From Caldilineae bacterium (GTDB taxonomy: Bacteria > Chloroflexota > Anaerolineae > J102), in the NCBI GenBank assembly GCA_011176555.1, contig DUEF01000006.1, forward strand, positions 1-36,007: a DNA stretch of 36,007 bases, written 5' to 3'. Below, one piece after another: positions 7,999 through 16,687 of this stretch (positions are counted from its first letter, which is position 1; the number at the start of each line of letters is the position of its first letter). Under the pieces are notes generated by a model. The model was not told the origin of the DNA. It did not search any database and saw nothing but the letters and a program-made list of their open reading frames with translations. The position numbers and the translations under genes are program-made.

Positions 7999-9815
7999 TT
8001 CGCCCACTTGACCTCGGCGTTCGCGGGGGGTTGGAAGCCGGGGCCGAAGCGGAACTTCGCTTGCCAGGGGCGATACTTGCTTTTTAGCGTTTCGTTGATC
8101 AAGACAGTGCCATCAGCCGCGACCACCTGGCGTTTCGCTTGGGCGCTCAAACCCTCGACGGCCCAATCGAACTGCACGACTTTGCCTGCCGGGAGCTTCG
8201 GGTCTTCGATATAGAGCGGTGGCGGCGGGCTAACCCGATCGGAAACTTTGGGTTTGGGCGCTGTCACTTGCCAACCGGGATTGGTCCCATAGAATTGAAA
8301 CTTAAGAATGCCCTGCTCGGTGTTCACCACCGGTTTGATGAGTAGGTAGTTGTCGGTGGTATTCCGGAATTTGAAGTCCACCGTCGGCGTGTAGATGGTG
8401 GCGTCCAGCCCCGGTTCGCCATACCAGCTAACCACGTAGCCATGATTCCACCGCTCTTCAATGGGGAAACCTCCGAACCAGGCCGCGCGGAAAACCGTCG
8501 TGCTCACTTGACACACGCCTCCGCCAACCCCAACCGCGGTTCTGTCTCCGGCGATAATCAGGGAATCCTCAAAACCATTGGCGGCGGTGACGTCACCCAC
8601 GTGTTCGTTGAAGGAGAATAAGCCTCCGGGTGGGATGACCACGCCAACGAATTTGGATGCGGCCACTTCGATGTTTTTGACTCGATCAGCGCTGGAGCCT
8701 TTGAAGCGCGTCGCGCCTTCCGCCACCAATTCCTTGATGCCCAGGCTGGCGGCGTCATCTGAGGCGACCTCCGGTCGCACCACCTCCACCGGCAGTTCGA
8801 TTTGTGTTTTTCCCGTTTCGATGGCATCGAGAATGGTGGCGACTGCGGCGTCCGTATTCAACTTGTAGCCATCGACGCTGGAGGAGAGCTCGACCAGGGT
8901 GTTCGTCGTGGTGCTGAAATCGAAACGTGCGTCAAGGGGCGGGCGATCCACTTGCAACGCCCATGTCTCGATCAAATCTCTAAGTTTGTCCTCTTGCACC
9001 ACGCCGCGCAAGCCGCCGGGCGTGTTTTCATCGTGAACCCATTCTAACATGCCGGAAAGGGTGGCGGGGTCCAGGGCAAACTGGAATTCGCCCAAAGGGT
9101 CAGCCAAAACGATCGAATGCTCCAGCAGTTGTTGAATCGATTCTTGTCCGGCGCTGACATCGACTTCGGAAGCAGATAATTCGTGAACGACGACATCCAC
9201 CACGCCTCCCCGTCCCGACTCGATGCGGGAAATGACTTCGGCGCGCGTGGTTTCCACATCCACCACCTGCCCTGGGCGAGAGGCGGTAACGACCACCTGC
9301 AAATCGTTCAGCATCAATTTGGGCTCTGTAACCGCTTGATTGAGATGCGCCGTGCGTTTGCCGATGGCAGTGGTGATGGCTCCTGGCTGGACTTTAACCT
9401 GCGGGCGTTGCTGATAACCCTGCCAGTACGCCTGCCATTGCGTCGCAAAATTGTCCGTGGCCGTGCCGTTGCGGCCAACGGCGAACGCACGGTTGACCAA
9501 CTCGTCCGCGTCAACGGATAAGCCCAATTCTTCAGCTTTGAGAGGCCACACCTGGTCGCCATGGCGTAAGGCCATGGGTGGAAGATCGTAATTGTTTGCT
9601 GCTTCGGCAAGCAATTGCATGGCATCGTCTCTGGTTTTACCGCTGAGATCAACGCCCAGCGCCTGGACGCCGGGATAGATGCGGTCAGAATAAGTCAGTT
9701 CAAAACGAGCGAGCAACGCCGTCAGCACCAAAACGGGTAGAAGTAACCAGATGGCGGCCAGTTGCCAAAAGGGTGTGCGAGAAGGTGGGCGATGAGGGGA
9801 AAAGGTGGAGGTCAT
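7992..9815 (-). CDS. VanW family protein (N-terminal TM anchor, peptidoglycan-binding-like and G5-like regions, VanW core)
   Basis: GGGVCQVSTTVFRAAWFGGFPIEERWNHGYVVSWY is the VanW signature. N-terminal TM is FWQLAAIWLLLPVLVLTALLA. The 3' end overlaps the convergent zincin gene by 7 nt. Confidence 0.8.
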   Translation of the reverse strand: MTSTFSPHRPPSRTPFWQLAAIWLLLPVLVLTALLARFELTYSDRIYPGVQALGVDLSGKTRDDAMQLLAEAANNYDLPPMALRHGDQVWPLKAEELGLSVDADELVNRAFAVGRNGTATDNFATQWQAYWQGYQQRPQVKVQPGAITTAIGKRTAHLNQAVTEPKLMLNDLQVVVTASRPGQVVDVETTRAEVISRIESGRGGVVDVVVHELSASEVDVSAGQESIQQLLEHSIVLADPLGEFQFALDPATLSGMLEWVHDENTPGGLRGVVQEDKLRDLIETWALQVDRPPLDARFDFSTTTNTLVELSSSVDGYKLNTDAAVATILDAIETGKTQIELPVEVVRPEVASDDAASLGIKELVAEGATRFKGSSADRVKNIEVAASKFVGVVIPPGGLFSFNEHVGDVTAANGFEDSLIIAGDRTAVGVGGGVCQVSTTVFRAAWFGGFPIEERWNHGYVVSWYGEPGLDATIYTPTVDFKFRNTTDNYLLIKPVVNTEQGILKFQFYGTNPGWQVTAPKPKVSDRVSPPPPLYIEDPKLPAGKVVQFDWAVEGLSAQAKRQVVAADGTVLINETLKSKYRPWQAKFRFGPGFQPPANAEVKWANQ

Positions 9816-10049
9816 GAAGTCGTAGGGGAAAAGGTGTTAAGTGTTTGACGGCTTGAATCTTTAGAAAACATCGATATCCAAACAGCTAAACCTCGAGGGT
9901 TCGCCTAAGAAACTATATTTTCTAACTTAAGTTTCGTATGGCGAAGCATTTAAGCAGGTGACATAATCAATGGTTAGTGTAGCACACGAAAATTTTGAGA
10001 CAAGGAATCTGGCTTACGATGTAAGATTAAGTGATGATGAGTTGCAGTG

Positions 10050-10787
10050 TTAAGTTTTTTCCGCCACAAGGAAATGTGAAATGCCAAATGCCCGCAACGG
10101 AGTGCGTTCAAGGGCGTAGGTGGCGCCGCGAATGATGCGCCCCAGCCGCGGAAAACGATGGATGATGTTGTCGTAACCGGGATAGAGTTGGCTGTGGTGG
10201 CGCACGCGCAAGGGCAAGGGACCAAGAAGCTGATCGAGATCAGTGTTGGTGTAGGCGCGCACATGGGGCGCCAGTTGGTTTCGCCATCGATCTGGCAGCC
10301 AATTGATCAGGGGTGTGTTGCCAAAGTGATATTCGCCGCGCCAGTAATGGCCATGGGTCTCGAAGGGATAGAGCCGGTTGGGCAAGAAGAGGACGAGGCG
10401 GCCCCCCGGACGCAGGACGCGGGCGATTTCCGCCAACGACCGCGCGTCATCCACCACATGCTCCAGCACTTCATGCGAGAGCACGGTGTCGAAACTGGCG
10501 CTGGGGAAGGGCAGCGCTTCGCAAGCGCCCACCAGGCAGTTTTCGAGGTGCTGGCTGGCAGCCACCATGCCGGCATGATCGATGTCGAGCGAGGTCACGC
10601 GGGCGCCTGCGGCGGCCAGATGGCGGCTGTACATGCCGATGCCGGCGCCATCGACCAGCACATCGGCGTTTTCGACGCTCGACCAGTGGGTGATGAGCCC
10701 GAACCGGCGTTTTTGTCCCGCCCGCCACACGTAAGAAGGATGGCCGAGGTCGGCGGCTTTGTCGTCGCTGCGGCGAATTGGTTTCAT
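10050..10787 (-). CDS. Class I SAM-dependent methyltransferase (Methyltransf_11-like)
   Basis: VLVDGAGIGMYSRHLAAAGARVTSLDID (motif I) and LRPGGRLVLFLPN. Its start lies 4 nt after the upstream PNPOx-like stop. Confidence 0.8.
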   Translation of the reverse strand: MKPIRRSDDKAADLGHPSYVWRAGQKRRFGLITHWSSVENADVLVDGAGIGMYSRHLAAAGARVTSLDIDHAGMVAASQHLENCLVGACEALPFPSASFDTVLSHEVLEHVVDDARSLAEIARVLRPGGRLVLFLPNRLYPFETHGHYWRGEYHFGNTPLINWLPDRWRNQLAPHVRAYTNTDLDQLLGPLPLRVRHHSQLYPGYDNIIHRFPRLGRIIRGATYALERTPLRAFGISHFLVAEKT

Positions 10788-10791
10788 GTCA

Positions 10792-11286
10792 TTATGCTCC
10801 CTGCCATTCTTCTTTGTGCCCGAAACCCAGCGTGTTGTCGGTCAGTCGCATCCAGGAGGGCGCGATCTGGTAGTAGCGGGCGCGGGCCAGGGCCTCGGCC
10901 AAACGGCTCGCAGTGGCCACAAAGGGAAATCTGGCGGCGTAGATTTGGTGCGCGGTCGCTTTTTCGTTGGCGGTGAGACAGGGCGCGGCAAAACCGTGCA
11001 GTTGCAGGCCGCGGATTTCTCGCCAATCTTGCCCGTCTTGCTGGATGGCTGCGGCGATTTGGCTGCCAGCGCCGATGTGCTGGGCGTGCGTAGTAGCAGG
11101 GTCGGAGAGAAAATAAAGGGTCGGGCCAGGTCCAACCGCGTAAAATAAGGCGCAGGCGTGGGGCCGGCCCTTCGGGCCAATTGTGGCCAGCGTAAGTGTG
11201 TTGTGCGCCGTCAGGAAGGAAAGAATGCGGGAGGACATGGGGGAAAGGGGCGAGGGATCGGCGGTTATCTGGCGGGGAAGGCTCAT
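10792..11286 (-). CDS. Pyridoxamine 5'-phosphate oxidase-like FMN-binding family protein
   Basis: 164 aa. LTLATIGPKGRPHACALFYAV...LYFLSDPATTHAQH and a C-terminal YYQIAPSWMRLTDN resemble YhbP/PNPOx-like split-barrel proteins. Confidence 0.6.
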   Translation of the reverse strand: MSLPRQITADPSPLSPMSSRILSFLTAHNTLTLATIGPKGRPHACALFYAVGPGPTLYFLSDPATTHAQHIGAGSQIAAAIQQDGQDWREIRGLQLHGFAAPCLTANEKATAHQIYAARFPFVATASRLAEALARARYYQIAPSWMRLTDNTLGFGHKEEWQGA

Positions 11287-11299
11287 GAGGATCGCCCGG

Positions 11300-11375
11300 C
11301 AACCCGTTTGAACGGGTTTCGCGTATCAGCCCGGCGTTTCAACGCTGGGCGGGGTCGGGGAACGGTGGTTTTTGC
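11300..11375. repeat. Copy 1 of a duplicated twin-hairpin intergenic element (62 nt identical core plus ~14 nt degenerate tail)
   Basis: caacccgtttgaacgggtttcgcgtatcagcccggcgtttcaacgctgggcggggtcgggga is identical to 11489-11550. It contains hairpins AACCCGT-TTGA-ACGGGTT and CCCGGCGT-TTCA-ACGCTGGG. Confidence 0.85.
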
Positions 11376-11488
11376 TGATCATCCAGGGGATTTCTCCTCC
11401 CGTTGGTCGTCGAAATGACGTGCTTTTCCGGGCAGCGCCGGGTGAACCCGGCAGGCGCAAATCCCGGCAGGTCACCAACGCCGCGGTT

Positions 11489-11564
11489 CAACCCGTTTGA
11501 ACGGGTTTCGCGTATCAGCCCGGCGTTTCAACGCTGGGCGGGGTCGGGGATCCGTGGTCTTTGC
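11489..11564. repeat. Copy 2 of the duplicated twin-hairpin intergenic element
   Basis: 62/62 identity to 11300-11361 by direct reading. The next 14 nt match 11/14. The copy start-to-start offset is 189 nt. Confidence 0.85.
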
Positions 11565-11581
11565 GCGGCATGAAACGGCGG

Positions 11582-12178
11582 TTATCTGGCAGGGAACTCT
11601 GGCCTCCGTTCTCTGACCCCCAACCATTCCTCGAAATACTGATTGGGGATGCCAACGCGGGCGAGGATGCGACCGCAGGTCGCGTTCACCATGTCGTCGA
11701 GGGTTTGCGGGCGGTTGTAGAAGGCGGGCGCGGGCGGGAAAATGGTGCAGCCCTGCTCTGTCGCCTGGGTCATCAAACGCAAATGCCCCAGATGCAGCGG
11801 CGTCTCCCGCACCACCAGAAGCAGCGGGCGGCCTTCTTTCAGTTGCACATCCGCGGCGCGGGTGAGTAAATCCGCATCGTAGCTGTGGGTGATGGCGCTC
11901 AGCGATTTGATCGAACAGGGCGCGACGATCATGCCGATGGTCTGGAAAGAGCCGGAAGCGATGGCCGCGCCGATGTCGGTGGGGCGGTAAAGCACATCGG
12001 CCAGGGCTTCGATCTGTTTGAGCGTGTAGTCGGTTTCCTGGGTGATGGTGATCCGGGCCGAGGGCGAGATCACGACATGGGTTTCGATTTCGGGCGCTTG
12101 CTGCAACATTTCCAGCAGACGAATGCCGTAGATCTGGCCGGAAGCGCCGGAAAGGGCGAGGATTAGGCGATTGGACAT
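11582..12178 (-). CDS. ubiX: Flavin prenyltransferase UbiX family
   Basis: MSNRLILALSGASGQIYGIRLLEML...MIVAPCSIKSLSAI...LLLVVRETPLH is canonical UbiX/Pad1. Confidence 0.85.
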   Translation of the reverse strand: MSNRLILALSGASGQIYGIRLLEMLQQAPEIETHVVISPSARITITQETDYTLKQIEALADVLYRPTDIGAAIASGSFQTIGMIVAPCSIKSLSAITHSYDADLLTRAADVQLKEGRPLLLVVRETPLHLGHLRLMTQATEQGCTIFPPAPAFYNRPQTLDDMVNATCGRILARVGIPNQYFEEWLGVRERRPEFPAR

Positions 12179-12211
12179 GGTAATTGAGTCAAGAGTTAGG
12201 GAGATGGTTAG

Positions 12212-12928
12212 TTACGCCTCCCCCACATGGATGGCGATGGTCCCCAGCATCAACGTGCGATAGCGGATGTTGCTGATCCCGACCGCTTTCATGATCGCCT
12301 TGAGTTCGGGCGGACGCGGGAAAGCCAGGGTCGAGGCGGGCAGGTAATCGTAAGCGCTTTTGTTGCTGCTGAACCAGGCCGTGACCCGCGGCACGAATTT
12401 GTGGAAGTAGAGATGGAAGAGATCGCGCCAGACCGGCGTGGCGGGCCGCGTGATCTCCAGGCAGACGACCCGTCCTCCCGCCTTGACCACGCGCTTTTGC
12501 TCGGCGAAGGTGGCGGCGATGTCGGTGACATTGCGCATCAGGAAACCGGAGCAGGCCGCGTCGAAGGAATCAGCGGGAAAAGGGAGCTGCATGGCGTCCG
12601 CCTCGATGAAGGGAATCCGCTCGTCTGTATCCTTCATCTGGCCGACCAACATCATCTCGCGGGTGAAATCGCTGCCGAAAACCGTGATGTCGGGGTGCTG
12701 TTTGATGGCTTCGAGGGCGATGTCGGCCGTACCGGTGGCCACATCGAGCAGGCGGCCGTTGGGCGGCAAGTTGCAGGCTTCGATCACCATCCGCCGCCAG
12801 CGCTGATCTTGCCCCACGGTCATCAGCCGATTCATCAAGTCATAGCGACGAGCGGTGTCTGAAAACATCTCCCGCACGTAGGTCGGCTTTTCATCCACGG
12901 ATGGGAGCGGTGATGTAGACGTGTTCAT
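12212..12928 (-). CDS. ubiE: Demethylmenaquinone / ubiquinone C-methyltransferase (UbiE/MenG)
   Basis: VREMFSDTARRYDLMNRLMTVGQDQRWRR and LLDVATGTADIA are UbiE/MenG signatures. ATG at 12928 (MNTSTS...) is preferred over the ORF-track TTG at 12946. Neither has a clear SD. Confidence 0.85.
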   Translation of the reverse strand: MNTSTSPLPSVDEKPTYVREMFSDTARRYDLMNRLMTVGQDQRWRRMVIEACNLPPNGRLLDVATGTADIALEAIKQHPDITVFGSDFTREMMLVGQMKDTDERIPFIEADAMQLPFPADSFDAACSGFLMRNVTDIAATFAEQKRVVKAGGRVVCLEITRPATPVWRDLFHLYFHKFVPRVTAWFSSNKSAYDYLPASTLAFPRPPELKAIMKAVGISNIRYRTLMLGTIAIHVGEA

Positions 12929-13030
12929 ACGTGTATTGTACAGCAAAATTGTAAAAGTGCGGCATTTTGGTTAGAGTAGTGCAACAATTCAAGCGGCGTT
13001 TATGCTTGCCTTTCGGTTTTCTAGCACAAA

Positions 13031-13212
13031 CAGGCCTAAATAGACGTACGGTTAGCTCCGCTAAAGCGTCCAGGCGAATCTGGAGCGACAGCCATTCGCC
13101 GGGTTTTCGCTACCCAAGCCGCCGAATCACGGATTCGGCCGGACACAGATCCGGGAAGCCAACTATCAATTTATTTACGCCTCGCTGAACTGGTAGATCG
13201 AAGGCCTGCATC
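13031..13212 (+). promoter_or_regulatory. Candidate cobalamin (B12) riboswitch in the arsM leader
   Basis: Motifs appear in consensus order:
- P1-like pairing CAGGCC (13031-36) with GGCCUG (13203-08)
- CCAGGCGAAUCUGG AGCGAC (13070-89), close to the btuB CCAGUGCGAAUCUGGAGCUGAC as I recall it
- GGACACAG..GGGAAGCC (13141-60), like GCCACUG..GGGAAGGC
- B12-box-like AGAUCGAAGGCCUGCA (13195-210)
Matched from memory, not by a covariance model. Confidence 0.5.
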
Positions 13213-13237
13213 GCCCCCCAAAGCATGAGGAGTTTCT

Positions 13238-14020
13238 ATGACAAGTGTAAAAGCGCCAGAAATTAAACAGAAGGTTCGCGAACGGTATGGCGCTGTCGCA
13301 CAGCAGAACGCGAGTTGTTGCGGCGGCGATGAAACTGAGATTCAATTGGTCGATTACAGCGCCCTGAATGTCGAGGTCGTCGCCGACGCCGATCTCGGCC
13401 TGGGTTGCGGCGTTCCCACCCTCACGGCTGACATCCGACCGGGCGAGACGGTGCTCGATCTGGGCAGCGGCGCCGGCATCGATGTGTTTCTTGCTGCCAG
13501 AGCGGTCGGGCCACGGGGGAAAGTCATTGGCGTAGACATGACGCCCGAGATGATCCAGCGCGCTCGGGAGAACGCAAAAAGGGGCGGGTACGAGAATGTG
13601 GAATTCCGTCAGGGCGAACTGGAGGATATGCCGGTCGATGATGATTCCATCGATGTTATCCTCTCCAATTGCGTCATCAACCTGGTTCCCGATAAAGGCA
13701 AAGTGTTCGATGAAATCTATCGCGTGCTCAAGCCCGGCGGTCGATTTTCTATTTCCGACATTGTCACCTTCGGTGACGTACCCGCAGTGATTCGAGAAGA
13801 CATCGCTTTATGGACGGGGTGCATCGCCGGGGCTTTGGACCAGAACGATTACCGGGAGTTAATCCGCTCAGCAGGGTTTGAGAACGTGCGATACGAGAAG
13901 GAGCAGCGCTATGATTCATCGTGGATTCCCGACAAGTATCGCCAGGCCTTGGGTCACCATGTGGATGAGATGAATGGCGCTTTCGGTATCACCAGCGTGA
14001 CGGTGGTGGGGGAGAAGTAG
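13238..14020 (+). CDS. arsM: Arsenite S-adenosylmethionine methyltransferase (ArsM-like)
   Basis: All four ArsM-type cysteine contexts are present: [29 protein letters not shown] and WTGCIAGAL. The SAM motif is [21 protein letters not shown] lies 6 nt upstream. Confidence 0.8.
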   Translation: MTSVKAPEIKQKVRERYGAVAQQNASCCGGDETEIQLVDYSALNVEVVADADLGLGCGVPTLTADIRPGETVLDLGSGAGIDVFLAARAVGPRGKVIGVDMTPEMIQRARENAKRGGYENVEFRQGELEDMPVDDDSIDVILSNCVINLVPDKGKVFDEIYRVLKPGGRFSISDIVTFGDVPAVIREDIALWTGCIAGALDQNDYRELIRSAGFENVRYEKEQRYDSSWIPDKYRQALGHHVDEMNGAFGITSVTVVGEK

Positions 14021-14041
14021 TCGGTATGCTATAATCCAAAT

Positions 14042-16636
14042 ATGGATGTCATCCTTACGCACGAGCACACGGATTTCGATGCGCTGGCCAGTTTGCTAGC
14101 CGCCAGCAAGCTCTTTCCAGAGGCGATTCCGGTGCTCCCGCGCAATCTCAATCGCAATCTGCGCGATTTTTTGGTGCTCTACCGGGGCAGTTTGCCATTT
14201 CGGAGCGCCGACGAATTGCCGCGCCGCGCGGTGGAGCAAGCGATTTTCGTCGATACGCAAAGCGCGCAGGCCGTGCGGGGCATGAGCCACGGGACCCCGG
14301 TGCGCATCATCGATCATCATCCCCGCGAGCGTGATTTGCCTGAAAACTATCATTATTGGGGTGAAGCGGTCGGGGCCACCACCACACTGCTCTTGGAACA
14401 GATCATCAGTCGGGGCGTCACCATCACCCCGATCGAGGCGACGCTGCTGCTGTTGGGCATTTACGAAGACACGGGCAGCCTTTCTTACACCAGCACCACC
14501 GCCCGCGATATGCGTTGCGCAGCCTGGCTGCTGGAGCGAGGCGCCAACCTCGAAGTCGTCAACAGTTTTCTCCACCATCCTCTTTCACCCGCCCAGCAGC
14601 GCTTGCTCAAGCAGTTGAGCGACAATGCCGAGATGTTCGACATCGCCGGACATACGATCGTCATCGCCCAGGCGTTGGTGGAGGAGCGCGTAGACGAGAT
14701 CAGCACGCTGGCCCACAAATTGCGAGACCTTTTCGATCCCGATGGGCTTTTCCTGATCGTCGATCTGCAAGACCGCATCCAGGTCGTAGCCCGATCCACC
14801 ACCAGCCATATTCATGTCGGCGAAATCGCAGAACACCTCGGCGGGGGTGGCCATGCTCGCGCTGCCGCAGCGCTGATCCGGGATAAGGATCTGGCGGAAG
14901 TGCGCGCCGATCTTCTCTACTTGCTCAAGGAATACGTGCATCCCCCGATCACTGTCGGCCAGATCATGTCGTGGGGGTTGAACACGCTCTCGGCTGAGCT
15001 AACGGTGTCCGAAGCCGCACAACGCATGCGTCGCCTCGGCCATGAAGGCTTTCCCGTCGTCGATGAAAAGGGCGATCTGCAAGGGCTTGTCACTCGTCGC
15101 TTCATCGATCGAGCCCAGCATCATCACATGGATAAAGCGCCGATCCGGCGGATTATGCGCGTGGGCAGCGTGACAGTCAACGTCAATGATTCCGTACAGA
15201 CGTTACAGCAAGTGATGATGGAAAGCGGCTGGGGACAGATCCCGGTGGTGGACGAGCAAGGCGAAATGGTGGGGATTGTCACCCGCACGGACTTGCTCAA
15301 GCTCTGGGCCACGCCCGAAGATGAACTGTCGCCGCCCTCCCTGGCGTTGCGGATGGAAGCGGCGTTGCCCGGCGGGATGTTGCGTTTATTGCATCGCGTG
15401 GGCCAGGTGGCCTCGGAACTCGACTATCCATTGTACGCGGTCGGCGGTTTTGTGCGTGATTTACTGTTGGGTCGCCCGAATTTCGATGTAGATCTGGTGG
15501 TCGAGGGCGATGCCGCCGAACTGGCTACGAAGTTGGCCGAGGAATTCGGCGGCCGCGTGCGCCGGCACAAACGTTTTGGCACAGCCAAATGGATTCGCGA
15601 TGATGAGGCGTTCGCCGTAGGCGAGGCCCTATCGGATGACACGCCTTCCAGTCTGGATTTCGCCGGCGCGCGCACCGAGTTTTACGAGCAAGCCACCGCC
15701 CTGCCTGTGGTCGAACGGTCGAGCATCAAGCTGGATCTCCACCGCCGCGATTTCACCATCAACACGCTGGCGATTCGGCTGGACGGCTCGCATTGGGGGC
15801 GACTGCTCGACTTTTACGGCGGCCAGCGAGACCTGGAAGCGGGAATTATCCGCGTCTTGCATTCGCTCAGTTTTATCGAAGACCCCACGCGCATTCTGCG
15901 AGCGGTGCGTTTCGAACAGCGTTTCCAGTTTCAGATCGAACCCAGGACCGCCGAACTCATCCACGACGCCACCGATCTGCTGACGCGCGTGAGCGGCGCT
16001 CGCATTCGCCATGAACTGAATCTGATTTTGCAGGAAAGAAAACCGGAAGACGCTCTCAACCGCTTGCAAGAGCTTGCCGTATTGGCGCATATCGACGAGG
16101 CGCTTTCCTGGGATCATGACGCCTCGTCGAAGTTCAAAGCCCTGCGCGCCGCTTTACGCGAAGTGGACCATCGCCCGGAGCCCATCGAACGCCTGTACCT
16201 TGCTTTGTGGCTGTACCGTCTGAGCCCCGCCGCTCACAACCGTCTGATCGCCAATCTGCGGCTCAGTACGCGCACGCGTTCGCTGATCAAAGAAGGAGAG
16301 CAGTTGCGCGCGCTCACGACCGAACTCACTGCGCCCGACCTGCCGAACTCGCGTCTGGATCAATTGCTCCACACATTTAGCGATGGCGCTTTGCTGGTGG
16401 CCCGCATCGATTCGGACGACTGGGTGCTACGCAACCGCATCTTGGCCTACCAGACGCATCTGCGACCGCAGAAAATCTCGCTGACAGGCGAGCAGCTCAA
16501 AGCGTGGGGGGTTCGCCCGGGCCCCATTTATCGCGAGATCTTCCAGGCTGTGCGGGCCGCGCGTCTGGACGGTCGCATTAGCACTGACGAGGAAGAAATC
16601 AAACTGGCGCGTGCCCTGATCGACGACGGCATCTAA
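14042..16636 (+). CDS. Multidomain DHH-DHHA1 / CBS pair / poly(A) polymerase-CCA-adding nucleotidyltransferase fusion
   Basis: N-terminus LTHEHTDFDALAS with IIDHHP and GGGGHARAAAA (DHH/DHHA1). Two CBS repeats lie around aa 305-420. YAVGGFVRDLLLGRPNFDVDLVVEG and RRDFTINTLA mark the nucleotidyltransferase head. It starts 21 nt after arsM. Confidence 0.8.
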   Translation: MDVILTHEHTDFDALASLLAASKLFPEAIPVLPRNLNRNLRDFLVLYRGSLPFRSADELPRRAVEQAIFVDTQSAQAVRGMSHGTPVRIIDHHPRERDLPENYHYWGEAVGATTTLLLEQIISRGVTITPIEATLLLLGIYEDTGSLSYTSTTARDMRCAAWLLERGANLEVVNSFLHHPLSPAQQRLLKQLSDNAEMFDIAGHTIVIAQALVEERVDEISTLAHKLRDLFDPDGLFLIVDLQDRIQVVARSTTSHIHVGEIAEHLGGGGHARAAAALIRDKDLAEVRADLLYLLKEYVHPPITVGQIMSWGLNTLSAELTVSEAAQRMRRLGHEGFPVVDEKGDLQGLVTRRFIDRAQHHHMDKAPIRRIMRVGSVTVNVNDSVQTLQQVMMESGWGQIPVVDEQGEMVGIVTRTDLLKLWATPEDELSPPSLALRMEAALPGGMLRLLHRVGQVASELDYPLYAVGGFVRDLLLGRPNFDVDLVVEGDAAELATKLAEEFGGRVRRHKRFGTAKWIRDDEAFAVGEALSDDTPSSLDFAGARTEFYEQATALPVVERSSIKLDLHRRDFTINTLAIRLDGSHWGRLLDFYGGQRDLEAGIIRVLHSLSFIEDPTRILRAVRFEQRFQFQIEPRTAELIHDATDLLTRVSGARIRHELNLILQERKPEDALNRLQELAVLAHIDEALSWDHDASSKFKALRAALREVDHRPEPIERLYLALWLYRLSPAAHNRLIANLRLSTRTRSLIKEGEQLRALTTELTAPDLPNSRLDQLLHTFSDGALLVARIDSDDWVLRNRILAYQTHLRPQKISLTGEQLKAWGVRPGPIYREIFQAVRAARLDGRISTDEEEIKLARALIDDGI

Positions 16637-16687
16637 TTTTTTTGACTCTTCCACTCTCCCCTTTTCTTCTCATCGGAGCGTGACATC

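Noticed and set aside
10158-10976. 272-aa plus-strand ORF antisense to the methyltransferase and PNPOx-like genes
   Set aside because: It lies entirely opposite two genes with clear family motifs, and its translation is Arg/Gly/Ala-rich with no recognisable domain. This is a typical GC-rich antisense shadow ORF.
11300-11564. Whether the duplicated element is a CRISPR array, an integron attC pair or a guanidine-II (mini-ykkC) twin-hairpin riboswitch
   Set aside because: There are only two copies of a 62-nt unit with a 127-nt gap (not CRISPR geometry) and no RYYYAAC/GTTRRRY ends. The hairpin loops are UUGA/UUCA rather than ACGR.
11158-11869. Plus-strand ORFs 11158-11418 and 11561-11869
   Set aside because: They overlap the repeat region and the ubiX and PNPOx-like genes antisense. 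Their Gly/Arg-rich translations have no support.
12967-13188. 73-aa plus-strand ORF in the ubiE/arsM gap
   Set aside because: It has no SD and a low-complexity translation, and the region is better explained as a structured leader (riboswitch candidate).
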